Below, in pieces: positions 20,736 to 27,915 of a stretch of DNA of 64,000 nt. Position 1 is the stretch's first letter; the number at the start of each line of letters is the position of its first letter. Source of the DNA: Burkholderiales bacterium (GTDB taxonomy: Bacteria; Pseudomonadota; Gammaproteobacteria; Burkholderiales; SG8-39); the NCBI GenBank assembly GCA_036496555.1, contig DASXKY010000066.1:5834-69833 (forward strand). The letters are read 5' to 3'. The position numbers were made by a program, and so were the translations under genes. The notes under the pieces are model-generated. The model did no database searches, was not told the origin of the DNA, and saw nothing but the letters and a program-made list of their open reading frames with translations.

Positions 20736-20888
20736 GCTGCCCCCTTTTCTGAATGCCATCTTAGGAAGCGCCGCGCTGGACCGCAAAACCCGGCGATCAG
20801 CGGCTGGAATCGCAGACCGAACGGCGCGATGCGGCGCAGTATATCGGAAGTAGTTCACGCTTCCGGCCGGCCGGCGAAGGGGGGTGGG

Positions 20889-20894
20889 TATAAT
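20889..20894 (+). promoter_or_regulatory. -10-like TATAAT box upstream of tRNA-Thr
   Basis: A perfect TATAAT 10 nt before tRNA position 1. No convincing -35 was found. Confidence 0.4.
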
Positions 20895-20904
20895 TGGTTG
20901 CTCT

Positions 20905-20977
20905 GCTGGCGTAGCTCAGTTGGTAGAGCAGTCGCTTCGTAAGCGTCAGGTCGCGTGTTCGAGTCACGCCGCCAGCA
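20905..20977 (+). tRNA. tRNA-Thr (anticodon CGT)
   Basis: Hand-folded cloverleaf. Acceptor GCTGGCG/CGCCAGC, D arm GCTC-AGTTGGTA-GAGC, anticodon loop TT-CGT-AA, T arm GCGTG-TTCGAGT-CACGC, discriminator A. The 3' CCA is not encoded (ACCG). Confidence 0.9.
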
Positions 20978-20988
20978 CCGAGCCACCC

Positions 20989-21369
20989 ATGGCCGCGAAT
21001 ATCCTCATCGTCGACGACGACGAAAACATCCGGGAGCTGCTGCGGCTGCATCTGAGCGCCGCCGGATACGAGGTGCACGTGGCCGAGGACGCGATCTCGG
21101 CGGGCTATATGGTGCTGCGCAGCCCGCCCGACCTGATCATCACCGACATCAACATGCCGCATATGGACGGGTTCGAGTTCATCGCCGCCCTGAAGTCCGA
21201 CAAGTCGCTGCCGCGCATCCCGGTGATCTGCCTCACCTCCTTCGAGGAAGGCGACCTGCGCGGCAAGGAGCTCGGCGTGGTCGGCTACGTCACCAAGCCG
21301 GTGCGCGCCGATCGCCTGCTGTCCCTCGTCGCCCAGCACGTCCCGGGCGGCGCGCATCCCATCGGATAG
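20989..21369 (+). CDS. Stand-alone CheY-like response-regulator receiver protein
   Basis: MAANILIVDDDENIRELL...DLIITDINMPHMDGFEFI...GYVTKP (acidic pocket, phospho-acceptor Asp and conserved Lys are recognisable). 126 aa with no output domain. Confidence 0.85.
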   Translation: MAANILIVDDDENIRELLRLHLSAAGYEVHVAEDAISAGYMVLRSPPDLIITDINMPHMDGFEFIAALKSDKSLPRIPVICLTSFEEGDLRGKELGVVGYVTKPVRADRLLSLVAQHVPGGAHPIG

Positions 21370-21375
21370 GTCCGC

Positions 21376-22134
21376 TCAGGGCGCGGGGCAGGCCTTCAGT
21401 TCGCTCCCCTCGACGGTCCTGGCGATCTCCTTCAGGCGCGCCTCGAGCGGCGCGTCGACGCTCTTCACCTGCAGCCAGACCTTGGGCACCAGCATCTCGC
21501 GCGGGCCGACTCGCGCGGAGCGCACGCCCTGCGTGCGCAGGGTGGCGAGGCGCGCCTGCGCCGCGTCCTCGTTGCGAAACACGCCGAGCGACAGCGCCCA
21601 GCGGTAAGGCCCTTCGTCGCCGACGATGAAGAATTCGTCGAGGCCGAGCTTCTTCAGCTCGGCCGCTTTCTTGAACGCCGCCTGGCGACTCCCCTGCGGC
21701 GGCATGAACACCCACCAGCCCGCGAGCTCCTCGGTGCGGCGCTGCGCGAGGCGCGAGCCGAGGGCCAGCGGCTCGAGGGCCTTCTCCATCTTAGGTGCAT
21801 CGGTCAGCGTGAAGCTGCCCCATTCGAGGCAGGCCAGGGGCGCGAGCGAGGCGGGCTTCGGCACCGCGGCGGCTTGCGCGGGTGGCGTAGCGGCAGTCGG
21901 AACCGGGGCCGGCGCGGCGGGTGCCGTAGCGGGTGGCGTGGCGGGTGCCGTAGCGGTTGCCTTTTTGGCCGCCAAGCGCGCCAGCTCGGCCGCCGGCACG
22001 ATCTTCAGCTTGTCGGGCTCGATCTGTCGCGAGAGCGGTTGGCGGTCGAGGCCCGCGTCGGTCGGCGAGAGGTAGCGCCACCAGGCGAAGACAGCGAGGT
22101 TGGCGAGCACCAGCAGCAGCGCGAGCGCTCTCAT
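21376..22134 (-). CDS. SPOR (peptidoglycan-binding) domain protein with Ala/Pro/Thr-rich linker
   Basis: ATG 22134 overlaps the coaX stop (ATGA). N-terminal TM MRALALLLVLANLAVFAWW, and the C-terminal half is SPOR-like. Part of the conserved birA-coaX-SPOR order. Confidence 0.7.
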   Translation of the reverse strand: MRALALLLVLANLAVFAWWRYLSPTDAGLDRQPLSRQIEPDKLKIVPAAELARLAAKKATATAPATPPATAPAAPAPVPTAATPPAQAAAVPKPASLAPLACLEWGSFTLTDAPKMEKALEPLALGSRLAQRRTEELAGWWVFMPPQGSRQAAFKKAAELKKLGLDEFFIVGDEGPYRWALSLGVFRNEDAAQARLATLRTQGVRSARVGPREMLVPKVWLQVKSVDAPLEARLKEIARTVEGSELKACPAP

Positions 22135-22892
22135 TTCGTCGCGTTCCGCGCCGCCACGCGCTCGCTCAGCGCGATGCGGGCGAGGCCCTCGAGCACCAGG
22201 TTCTCGACATAGCGCCGCGGCATGGTCAGCTGATCGGCGAGGGGGCGGCCGGCGCCGCCCGAGACGATGCACAGCGGCGTGCCGTCGAGGTCGCGGAACG
22301 CGCGGTACATGCGCTCCACCGCGCCGGCCTGCGCGTGGCGGCAGCCGGTCTCGATGGCGTCGACGGTGTTGCGCGGCATGTCGCGCGGCGTGCCCTCCTG
22401 GATCGGCAGCCGGCCGGTGTGCTCGTGCAGCACGAAGCGCATCAGCTCGACGCCGGGCAGGATCGCACCGCCGAGGAAGCTGCCGTCGGCGGCGAGCATG
22501 TCGACGGTGGTGGCGGTGCCGGCGTTCACCACCAGGCTGGCGCCGGAATGCAGGCTGCGCGCGGCGACCAGCGCGGCCCAGCGGTCGGCGCCGAGCTGCT
22601 CCGGGCGCTCGTAGCGGTTGGTCACGCCGCAGCGCTCGGGCTCGCCGCGCAGCCATAGAGGCTCGGCGTCGAAGATGCTGGTCCAGTTGACCAGCAGCTG
22701 GTGCGCGCCTTCGCCGGCGACGTTCGAGATGACGATGCGCTCGGGGTCGGCATGCGTGACCGAGAACGGATTGACGTGGTCGCTTGAGGCTGCGAATTCG
22801 ATGAGCGACACGCTAGCGACGCTTTGCCAGTCGGTCCCGTCATGCCAGCCCCACTTCACCCGCGAGTTGCCGGCGTCGATGGCGAGGATCAT
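22131..22892 (-). CDS. coaX: Type III pantothenate kinase
   Basis: MILAIDAGNSRVKWG and GADRWAALVAA motifs. ATG 22892 overlaps the birA stop (ATGA). Confidence 0.9.
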   Translation of the reverse strand: MILAIDAGNSRVKWGWHDGTDWQSVASVSLIEFAASSDHVNPFSVTHADPERIVISNVAGEGAHQLLVNWTSIFDAEPLWLRGEPERCGVTNRYERPEQLGADRWAALVAARSLHSGASLVVNAGTATTVDMLAADGSFLGGAILPGVELMRFVLHEHTGRLPIQEGTPRDMPRNTVDAIETGCRHAQAGAVERMYRAFRDLDGTPLCIVSGGAGRPLADQLTMPRRYVENLVLEGLARIALSERVAARNATK

Positions 22893-23629
22893 GCAGCCCT
22901 CACGGTGCCGCTGCGGATGCTGCGGATTCCGCTCCGCGTTCGCAGCGACAGCGCGCCGTCTTCGCCGAGCCCTGTCGCGACGCCCGTCACCGATCTGCCG
23001 TTTGCCAGCCTGACCTTGACGCGCTGGCCGGCGTGGGCGTGCATCGCTTCCCAATCGCGTCGCGCTGGCTCGAAGCCTTCTGCTTCGAACGCGTCGACTG
23101 CGCTCATGAGAGCAGCGGCGATCTTCTGCAGGATGAAGTCGCCATCGCCGACCGCGACAAACCGGTCCAGAGACGCGACCGGTCTGCGCAGGCGGCGGGA
23201 AAGCTCGTCCGCGCCGCGCAGGTTGATGCCGATGCCGACCACCGCCAGCGTTTCGCGGCCCGCCGCGCGGGTTTCGACCAGGATTCCGCCGAGCTTGCCG
23301 CCGCTTGCGACGAGATCGTTGGGCCACTTCAGCTCTGCCGGCGCGCCAAGGGCGCGCAGCGCGCGCGCCGCGGCCACGCCGGCGACGAGCGAGAGCGCGG
23401 CGAGCTCGCGCAGCGGCCGGCGCAGGCGCCGCGCGAGCGAGAAGCTGAGGCTGGCGCCCGGCGCGCCGATCCAGCGCCGTCCGCGCCGTCCGCGGCCGGC
23501 GGTTTGCTCGTCGGCGACGAGGAGCACCGGCGCGGCCGGGGCCTGCGCGAGCAGGACGCTGTTGGTCGAGCCACAGCGCGCCACGCGGCGGACTTCGACG
23601 CCGGGCAGGGCCATCGCGGGAATCGTCAT
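22889..23629 (-). CDS. birA: Biotin--[acetyl-CoA-carboxylase] ligase (no N-terminal HTH domain)
   Basis: STNSVLL...VADEQTAGRGRRGRRW signature. At 246 aa it is the group I (non-repressor) size. Confidence 0.85.
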   Translation of the reverse strand: MTIPAMALPGVEVRRVARCGSTNSVLLAQAPAAPVLLVADEQTAGRGRRGRRWIGAPGASLSFSLARRLRRPLRELAALSLVAGVAAARALRALGAPAELKWPNDLVASGGKLGGILVETRAAGRETLAVVGIGINLRGADELSRRLRRPVASLDRFVAVGDGDFILQKIAAALMSAVDAFEAEGFEPARRDWEAMHAHAGQRVKVRLANGRSVTGVATGLGEDGALSLRTRSGIRSIRSGTVRAA

Positions 23630-23672
23630 GGGCCGTAGTTTATCCTTCCACCTTCACTGTTCCGGACCCACC

Positions 23673-25175
23673 ATGAGTCGAATCGCCGTCGGCGGCTTCC
23701 AGCACGAGACCAATACCTTCGCCCCGTCGAAGGCCACCTACGCCATGTTCGAGCAAGGCGGCGGCTGGCCGGGCGCGCAGTATGGCGAGCCCATTTTCAG
23801 TGCGGTGGAAGGCGCCAACATTCCCGCTGCCGGTGCGATCCAGGCGCTGCGCGCTCTGGGCCATACCCTGGTCGGCACCGCTTGGGCCTCGGCCAGCCCG
23901 TCCGCGCATGTCACGGCGGACGCTTTTGAGAGAATTTTGAACGGCATGACAAAAAATCTGCAGGACGCCGGAAAGGTCGACGGCGTGTACCTCGACCTCC
24001 ACGGCGCCATGGTGTCCGAGGAATTCGAGGACGGCGAGGGCGAGATTCTGCGGCGCGTGCGCGAAGTGGTGGGGCCGCGCGTGCCGGTCGTCGCGAGTCT
24101 CGATCTCCACGCCAACGTGACGCGCGCGATGGTCGAGCGCGCGGACGCAATGGTCGCCTACCGCACGTACCCGCACGTCGACATGGCCGATACCGGCGCG
24201 CGCGCCGCTCGTCTGCTCGACCAGATGCTGAAGACCGGGCAGCGGCCGGCCGGCGGCTTCCACACGCTCGACTACCTTACCGGCCTTTCTTCGCAGTGCT
24301 CCTTCATCGAGCCCTGCAGGAGCATCTACGCGGAGCTGGAGAAGCTGGAGAACCAATACAACTGCGTCCTGTCCTTCGCCCCGGGCTTCCCGATGGCTGA
24401 TTTCGAAGAGTGCGGCATGTCCGTATTTGGTTTTGGGATGGAAAAATCCAAAACCGAGGCCGCGGTCGAGCGGCTGCGCCAGATCGTCGCCGATGCCGAG
24501 AAGGATTTCGTGCTCGAGCTGCATGCGGCGGGCGACGCGGTGCAGCGCGCTAAGGCTCGCGGCGAGCCCGGCAAGCCGGTGGTGCTCGCCGACACGCAGG
24601 ACAACCCGGGCGCCGGCGGCAACGGTGACACGACTGGTTTACTGCGAGCGCTGATTCAGCAGAACGCGCAGGATGCAGTCCTAGGGTTGCTCATCGATGC
24701 GCCTTCGGCGCAACGCGCCCATGAGGCCGGCAAAGATGCCAATGCGGTCTTCACACTGGGCGGTCTGTCGAAAATTCCGGGCGATGCGCCGCTGGGCGGC
24801 GAGTTCACGGTCGAAGCGCTCGCCGACGGCAAGTTCACCTGCACCGGCCCCATGTTCAAGGGCTTTCGCATGACGCTCGGCAACATGGCGCTGCTGCGCA
24901 GCCGCGCCGCGCCGGGCGTGCGGGTGGTGGTCGCCTCCCGCAAGGTGCAGGCCGCCGACCAGGAGATGTTCCGCCATGTCGGCGTCGAGCCGCGCTCGCA
25001 GCGCATCGTCGCGCTCAAGAGCTCGGTGCACTTCCGCGCCGACTTCGAGCCCATCGCGCGCGAGGTACTGGTCGTCAAGGCGCCCGGCCCGGCGCTCGCC
25101 GACCCGGTCGAGTTTGAGTGGACGAAGCTGCGCAAGGGCATTCGCCTGCGGCCGCTCGGTCCGGTACATGCGTAG
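23673..25175 (+). CDS. M81 family metallopeptidase (MlrC-like)
   Basis: Start at MSRIAVGGFQHETNTFAP. 500 aa with MlrC N- and C-domain-like sequence. The track ORF extension from 22824 is antisense to birA. Confidence 0.75.
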   Translation: MSRIAVGGFQHETNTFAPSKATYAMFEQGGGWPGAQYGEPIFSAVEGANIPAAGAIQALRALGHTLVGTAWASASPSAHVTADAFERILNGMTKNLQDAGKVDGVYLDLHGAMVSEEFEDGEGEILRRVREVVGPRVPVVASLDLHANVTRAMVERADAMVAYRTYPHVDMADTGARAARLLDQMLKTGQRPAGGFHTLDYLTGLSSQCSFIEPCRSIYAELEKLENQYNCVLSFAPGFPMADFEECGMSVFGFGMEKSKTEAAVERLRQIVADAEKDFVLELHAAGDAVQRAKARGEPGKPVVLADTQDNPGAGGNGDTTGLLRALIQQNAQDAVLGLLIDAPSAQRAHEAGKDANAVFTLGGLSKIPGDAPLGGEFTVEALADGKFTCTGPMFKGFRMTLGNMALLRSRAAPGVRVVVASRKVQAADQEMFRHVGVEPRSQRIVALKSSVHFRADFEPIAREVLVVKAPGPALADPVEFEWTKLRKGIRLRPLGPVHA

Positions 25176-25581
25176 CGCGTGGATTGTCGCGCTCGCGCTG
25201 GCGGGCTGCGGCGGCATGTATTTCAGCGATTTCACTGTCGACGCGGCGGAACCCGGCTACACGGCGCGCGAGCAGTTCGATGACATCAAGCGCTACGCAC
25301 TCGAGCGCGGGCTGCATGTAACGGGGGAAGGCGCCGGCTTCGCCAAGTTCGAGCTGGACCCGGCCAACGCGCTCGAAATGCGCCTGGACCCGGACCGCGT
25401 GCAGCTCACGCTGGTGCGGATATCATCCGGGGCGGGGTTCTCCGAGGCCGAGACGCGGGAGTTCGAGAACCGGCTGGAGGCGCGCCTGCGCGAGCGGGGG
25501 CGGAACGTACGAGTGCGCTTCGTCGGCGAGCGCGAACGCCCGCGAAGCAACGTGACCTTTCCCGGTGGGGGGCTGCCATGA
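25168..25581 (+). CDS. Hypothetical lipoprotein
   Basis: MRSAWIVALALAGC lipobox. ATG 25168 overlaps the MlrC-like stop by 8 nt. No family recognised. Confidence 0.55.
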   Translation: MRSAWIVALALAGCGGMYFSDFTVDAAEPGYTAREQFDDIKRYALERGLHVTGEGAGFAKFELDPANALEMRLDPDRVQLTLVRISSGAGFSEAETREFENRLEARLRERGRNVRVRFVGERERPRSNVTFPGGGLP

Positions 25582-25642
25582 GCACTTTTTTCGCTTTCCT
25601 GCATCACGCCGCGATGATGGCGCGCGGCATCGGGGTGTTCCA

Positions 25643-25996
25643 ATGAGCCTGCTTGCGTCAGTCGCAGTCGCGCTCGTCGCGCTGCTGCACCTTTATTTCC
25701 TCGCGCTCGAGATGTTTCTCTGGGACAAGCCATTCGGCATGAAGACCTTCGGTCTCACGCCGGAGAAGGCTGCGACCACGAAGTCGCTGGCGATGAACCA
25801 GGGGCTCTACAACGGATTCCTCGCCGCGGGGCTGGTCTGGGGGCTGGCCGCGGATCTGTTCCAGGTGAAGGTCTTCTTCCTTGCCTGCGTGATCGTGGCC
25901 GGGGTATTCGGCGCCGCTACGGCAAGCCGCAAGATCCTGTGGGTGCAGGCGCTGCCCGGGGCGGTCGCCCTCGGCCTGGTTTTCGGAATTCGCTGA
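25643..25996 (+). CDS. DUF1304 family membrane protein
   Basis: MSLLASVAVALVALLHLYFLALEMFLWDKPFG... 117 aa with 4 TM-like segments. Confidence 0.65.
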   Translation: MSLLASVAVALVALLHLYFLALEMFLWDKPFGMKTFGLTPEKAATTKSLAMNQGLYNGFLAAGLVWGLAADLFQVKVFFLACVIVAGVFGAATASRKILWVQALPGAVALGLVFGIR

Positions 25997-26128
25997 AGAA
26001 ACAGCAATTAGACTCGTAGTCCTAGCGGACTACGGCCGTGCCATAGATCTGTCGAGAGGAAAGTCGCATGATCTCGACCCATGTGTAGGACGTGATCTAC
26101 ACATCGACAGACGAACGGCCAGCACACT

Positions 26129-26197
26129 GTTAGCAGCCCCCGCCTCGAGCAGTACGTTTCATGGCAGGGCCAAACAAAGCGCAGTCGTCAGTTTGAT
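26129..26197 (+). repeat. 69-nt direct repeat, copy 1
   Basis: GTTAGCAGCCCCCGCCTCGAGCAGTACGTTTCATGGCAGGGCCAAACAAAGCGCAGTCGTCAGTTTGAT. It differs from copy 2 at 3 positions by hand alignment. Confidence 0.9.
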
Positions 26198-26226
26198 CGC
26201 CGCACCTGGTATCTGAGGGCAATCCC

Positions 26227-26255
26227 GGGGGGCACAGTTAGCAGCTGTGCCCCCC
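26227..26255 (+). other. 11-bp-stem hairpin GGGGGGCACAG-TTAGCAG-CTGTGCCCCCC
   Basis: Perfect inverted repeat read directly from the sequence. The loop is identical to that of the hairpin at 26351-26375. No adjacent T-run (CTCGTTGTT lies 17 nt downstream). Confidence 0.8.
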
Positions 26256-26276
26256 GCTTAAAGCGGCCAGCTCGTT

Positions 26277-26345
26277 GTTACCAGCCCCCGCCTCAAGCGG
26301 TACGTTTCATGGCAGGGCCAAACAAAGCGCAGTCGTCAGTTTGAT
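26277..26345 (+). repeat. 69-nt direct repeat, copy 2
   Basis: GTTACCAGCCCCCGCCTCAAGCGGTACGTTTCATGGCAGGGCCAAACAAAGCGCAGTCGTCAGTTTGAT, 148 bp after copy 1. Confidence 0.9.
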
Positions 26346-26350
26346 TCCGG

Positions 26351-26387
26351 AGGGCACAGTTAGCAGCTGTGCCCTTCGTTGTTTTCT
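26351..26387 (+). terminator. Intrinsic terminator-like hairpin plus T-tract (+ strand)
   Basis: AGGGCACAG-TTAGCAG-CTGTGCCCT followed by TCGTTGTTTTCT. The reverse strand lacks a T-tract. Confidence 0.65.
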
Positions 26388-26487
26388 ACCGCCGCGAAGC
26401 CATTCTCCTGCAGCGCGCATCCCTTCGCTATCGCCGCCCACCGCTAAAACGTGTCGCGTTTCGTGGCGGCGTATTCTCGCCGATCGT

Positions 26488-27915
26488 TTACGTCGCCATC
26501 GGGCGTCGTTGCGGCGGACGCAGGCGCTCGACGAGCTTCGCCATCCGTAGTACGCCGGCGTCGTCGAAACGCTGACCGACGATCTGCACGCCGATCGGCA
26601 ATCCGTCGGCGCTGTAGCCCCAGTTGATCGAAGCCGCCGGCTGCTCCGACATGTTGAACGGCACGGTGAAGGCGATGTGCGGCAGAGCGTTGTGCGAGTC
26701 GTTGCCCGGGGCCGGCAGCTCGGCTTCGTAGGGAAGGATCGGCGAGGTCGGCGACAGGATGAAGTCATACTGGCGCGACGCGTTCACTGCCGCTTCGCGC
26801 ATCGCCATCACACTGTTGTAGGCCTGCATGACGTCGCGCCCGGTGAACTTAGCGCCGCGCCAGGAGCACCACTCGACGATGAACGGCAGCACCTTCTGGC
26901 GCTTGGGCGCCCGCAGCAGCATGTAGTCGTTGTACGAGCGCGCCTCGAAGAAGCGGCAGACGCCGTCGAGCATCTCCTCGGTGAGGAACGAGCGGATCGA
27001 CTCGACATTGCAGCCGGCCGCGGCGAGCGCGGTCGCGGCGCCCTCCGCCGCGGCGCGCACCTCGCGGTCGATCGACAGGCCGACGCCCATGTCGGGCAGC
27101 AAGCCGACCTTGACGCGTCCCGGGTCGAGGTCGTCGAGCCCTTTCGCGTAGTCCTGCGCCTGCGCCGGCAGCGACATGAAGTCGCGGGCGTCAGGCCGCG
27201 AGAGTACGTTCATCATCAGCGCCGCGTCCTCGACGGTCCGGGTCATGGGACCTGCGACGCGGCCCATGTACGGCGGGTACACGGGTACCCGGCCGAGCGA
27301 GGGCTTGAGCGCAAAGATGCCGCAATGCGTGGCCGGCAGCCGCACCGAGCCGCCGATGTCGGTGCCGAGGTGCAGCGGCGCGTAGCCCGCGGCGCACGCC
27401 GCGCCCGCGCCCGAGCTCGAGCCCGACGGATTGCGGTCGAGCCGCCATGGATTGCGGGTGATGCCGTGCAGGCTGGAGAGCCCCGAGGACAGCATGCCGT
27501 AGTCGGGCATGGTGGTCTTGCCGAGCAGCACGCAGCCCGCCTCGCGCAGGCGCGCCGCGGCGGGCGCGTCCTCCGGCTGCGGCGGCGCGTCCTCGTTCGC
27601 CCGCGTGCCGATCGGCGCCGGCGCGCCGCGCGTATGGATGTTCTCCTTGATGGTGAGCGGGATGCCGTCGAGCGCCGAGAGCGGCGTGCCGGACTCGAGG
27701 CGCGCCTCCGCCGCGCGCGCCTGCTCGAGGGCGCCTTCGCGGTCGACGCGGTACATCGCATTCAGCTTCGGCTCGAGCTCGGCGATGCGAGCAAGCGACG
27801 CGCGCGTCGCTTCCATGGGCGAGAGCTCGCCGCGCCGGAAGGCGGCTGCGAGCTCGGCGGCGCTGCGCTCGTGCAATGCGGCTTTCACCTCCCGAATATA
27901 TACTGCGCGCGACAT
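26488..27915 (-). CDS. Amidase (amidase-signature family)
   Basis: GGSSSGAGAACAAGYAPLHLGTDIGGSVRLPA signature. Start ATG 27915 (MSRAVYIREVKAALHE); alternative GTG at 27888. Confidence 0.85.
   Translation of the reverse strand: MSRAVYIREVKAALHERSAAELAAAFRRGELSPMEATRASLARIAELEPKLNAMYRVDREGALEQARAAEARLESGTPLSALDGIPLTIKENIHTRGAPAPIGTRANEDAPPQPEDAPAAARLREAGCVLLGKTTMPDYGMLSSGLSSLHGITRNPWRLDRNPSGSSSGAGAACAAGYAPLHLGTDIGGSVRLPATHCGIFALKPSLGRVPVYPPYMGRVAGPMTRTVEDAALMMNVLSRPDARDFMSLPAQAQDYAKGLDDLDPGRVKVGLLPDMGVGLSIDREVRAAAEGAATALAAAGCNVESIRSFLTEEMLDGVCRFFEARSYNDYMLLRAPKRQKVLPFIVEWCSWRGAKFTGRDVMQAYNSVMAMREAAVNASRQYDFILSPTSPILPYEAELPAPGNDSHNALPHIAFTVPFNMSEQPAASINWGYSADGLPIGVQIVGQRFDDAGVLRMAKLVERLRPPQRRPMAT

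Noticed and set aside
20736-20888. Search for a sigma54 (-24 GG / -12 GC) pilin-type promoter upstream of the pilE-like gene.
   Set aside because: No TGGCAC-N5-TTGC-like element was found by eye. Only a weak TATACT (minus strand, around 20839-20844) without a credible -35 was seen, so no promoter is called.
12035-20977. The pilus minor-pilin cluster as a genomic island integrated at tRNA-Thr.
   Set aside because: The cluster lies on the 5' side of the tRNA. There is no integrase, no direct repeat of the tRNA 3' end, and the flanking genes are core. Only a sub-segment of pilY1 is clearly lower in GC.
20884-21369. The track ORF of 161 aa that reads straight through the tRNA-Thr gene into the receiver domain.
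   Set aside because: The first 35 codons are simply the tRNA sequence in an open frame. The receiver domain begins with the canonical MAANILIVDDD at ATG 20989.
26055-26066. GAGGAAAGTC, the universally conserved start of the RNase P RNA P4 region, in the large intergenic gap.
   Set aside because: The following bases (GCATG rather than CGGGC) and the rest of the region lack every other RNase P RNA conserved block. A 10-nt match is best taken as coincidence.
26161-26196. A tiny ORF ATG GCA GGG CCA AAC AAA GCG CAG TCG TCA GTT TGA (MAGPNKAQSSV) present identically in both 69-nt repeats (second copy 26309-26344).
   Set aside because: There is no Shine-Dalgarno and it is only 11 codons. The identity extends equally into non-ORF flanks, so conservation is at the nucleotide level. 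It is kept only as a remote possibility under the sRNA finding.
26129-26387. Possible CRISPR array or iteron set, given the 148-bp period direct repeats.
   Set aside because: There are only two copies, the repeat is 69 nt with unequal 'spacers' of 79 and 5 nt to the hairpins, and no cas or rep genes are present. This is not CRISPR-like.
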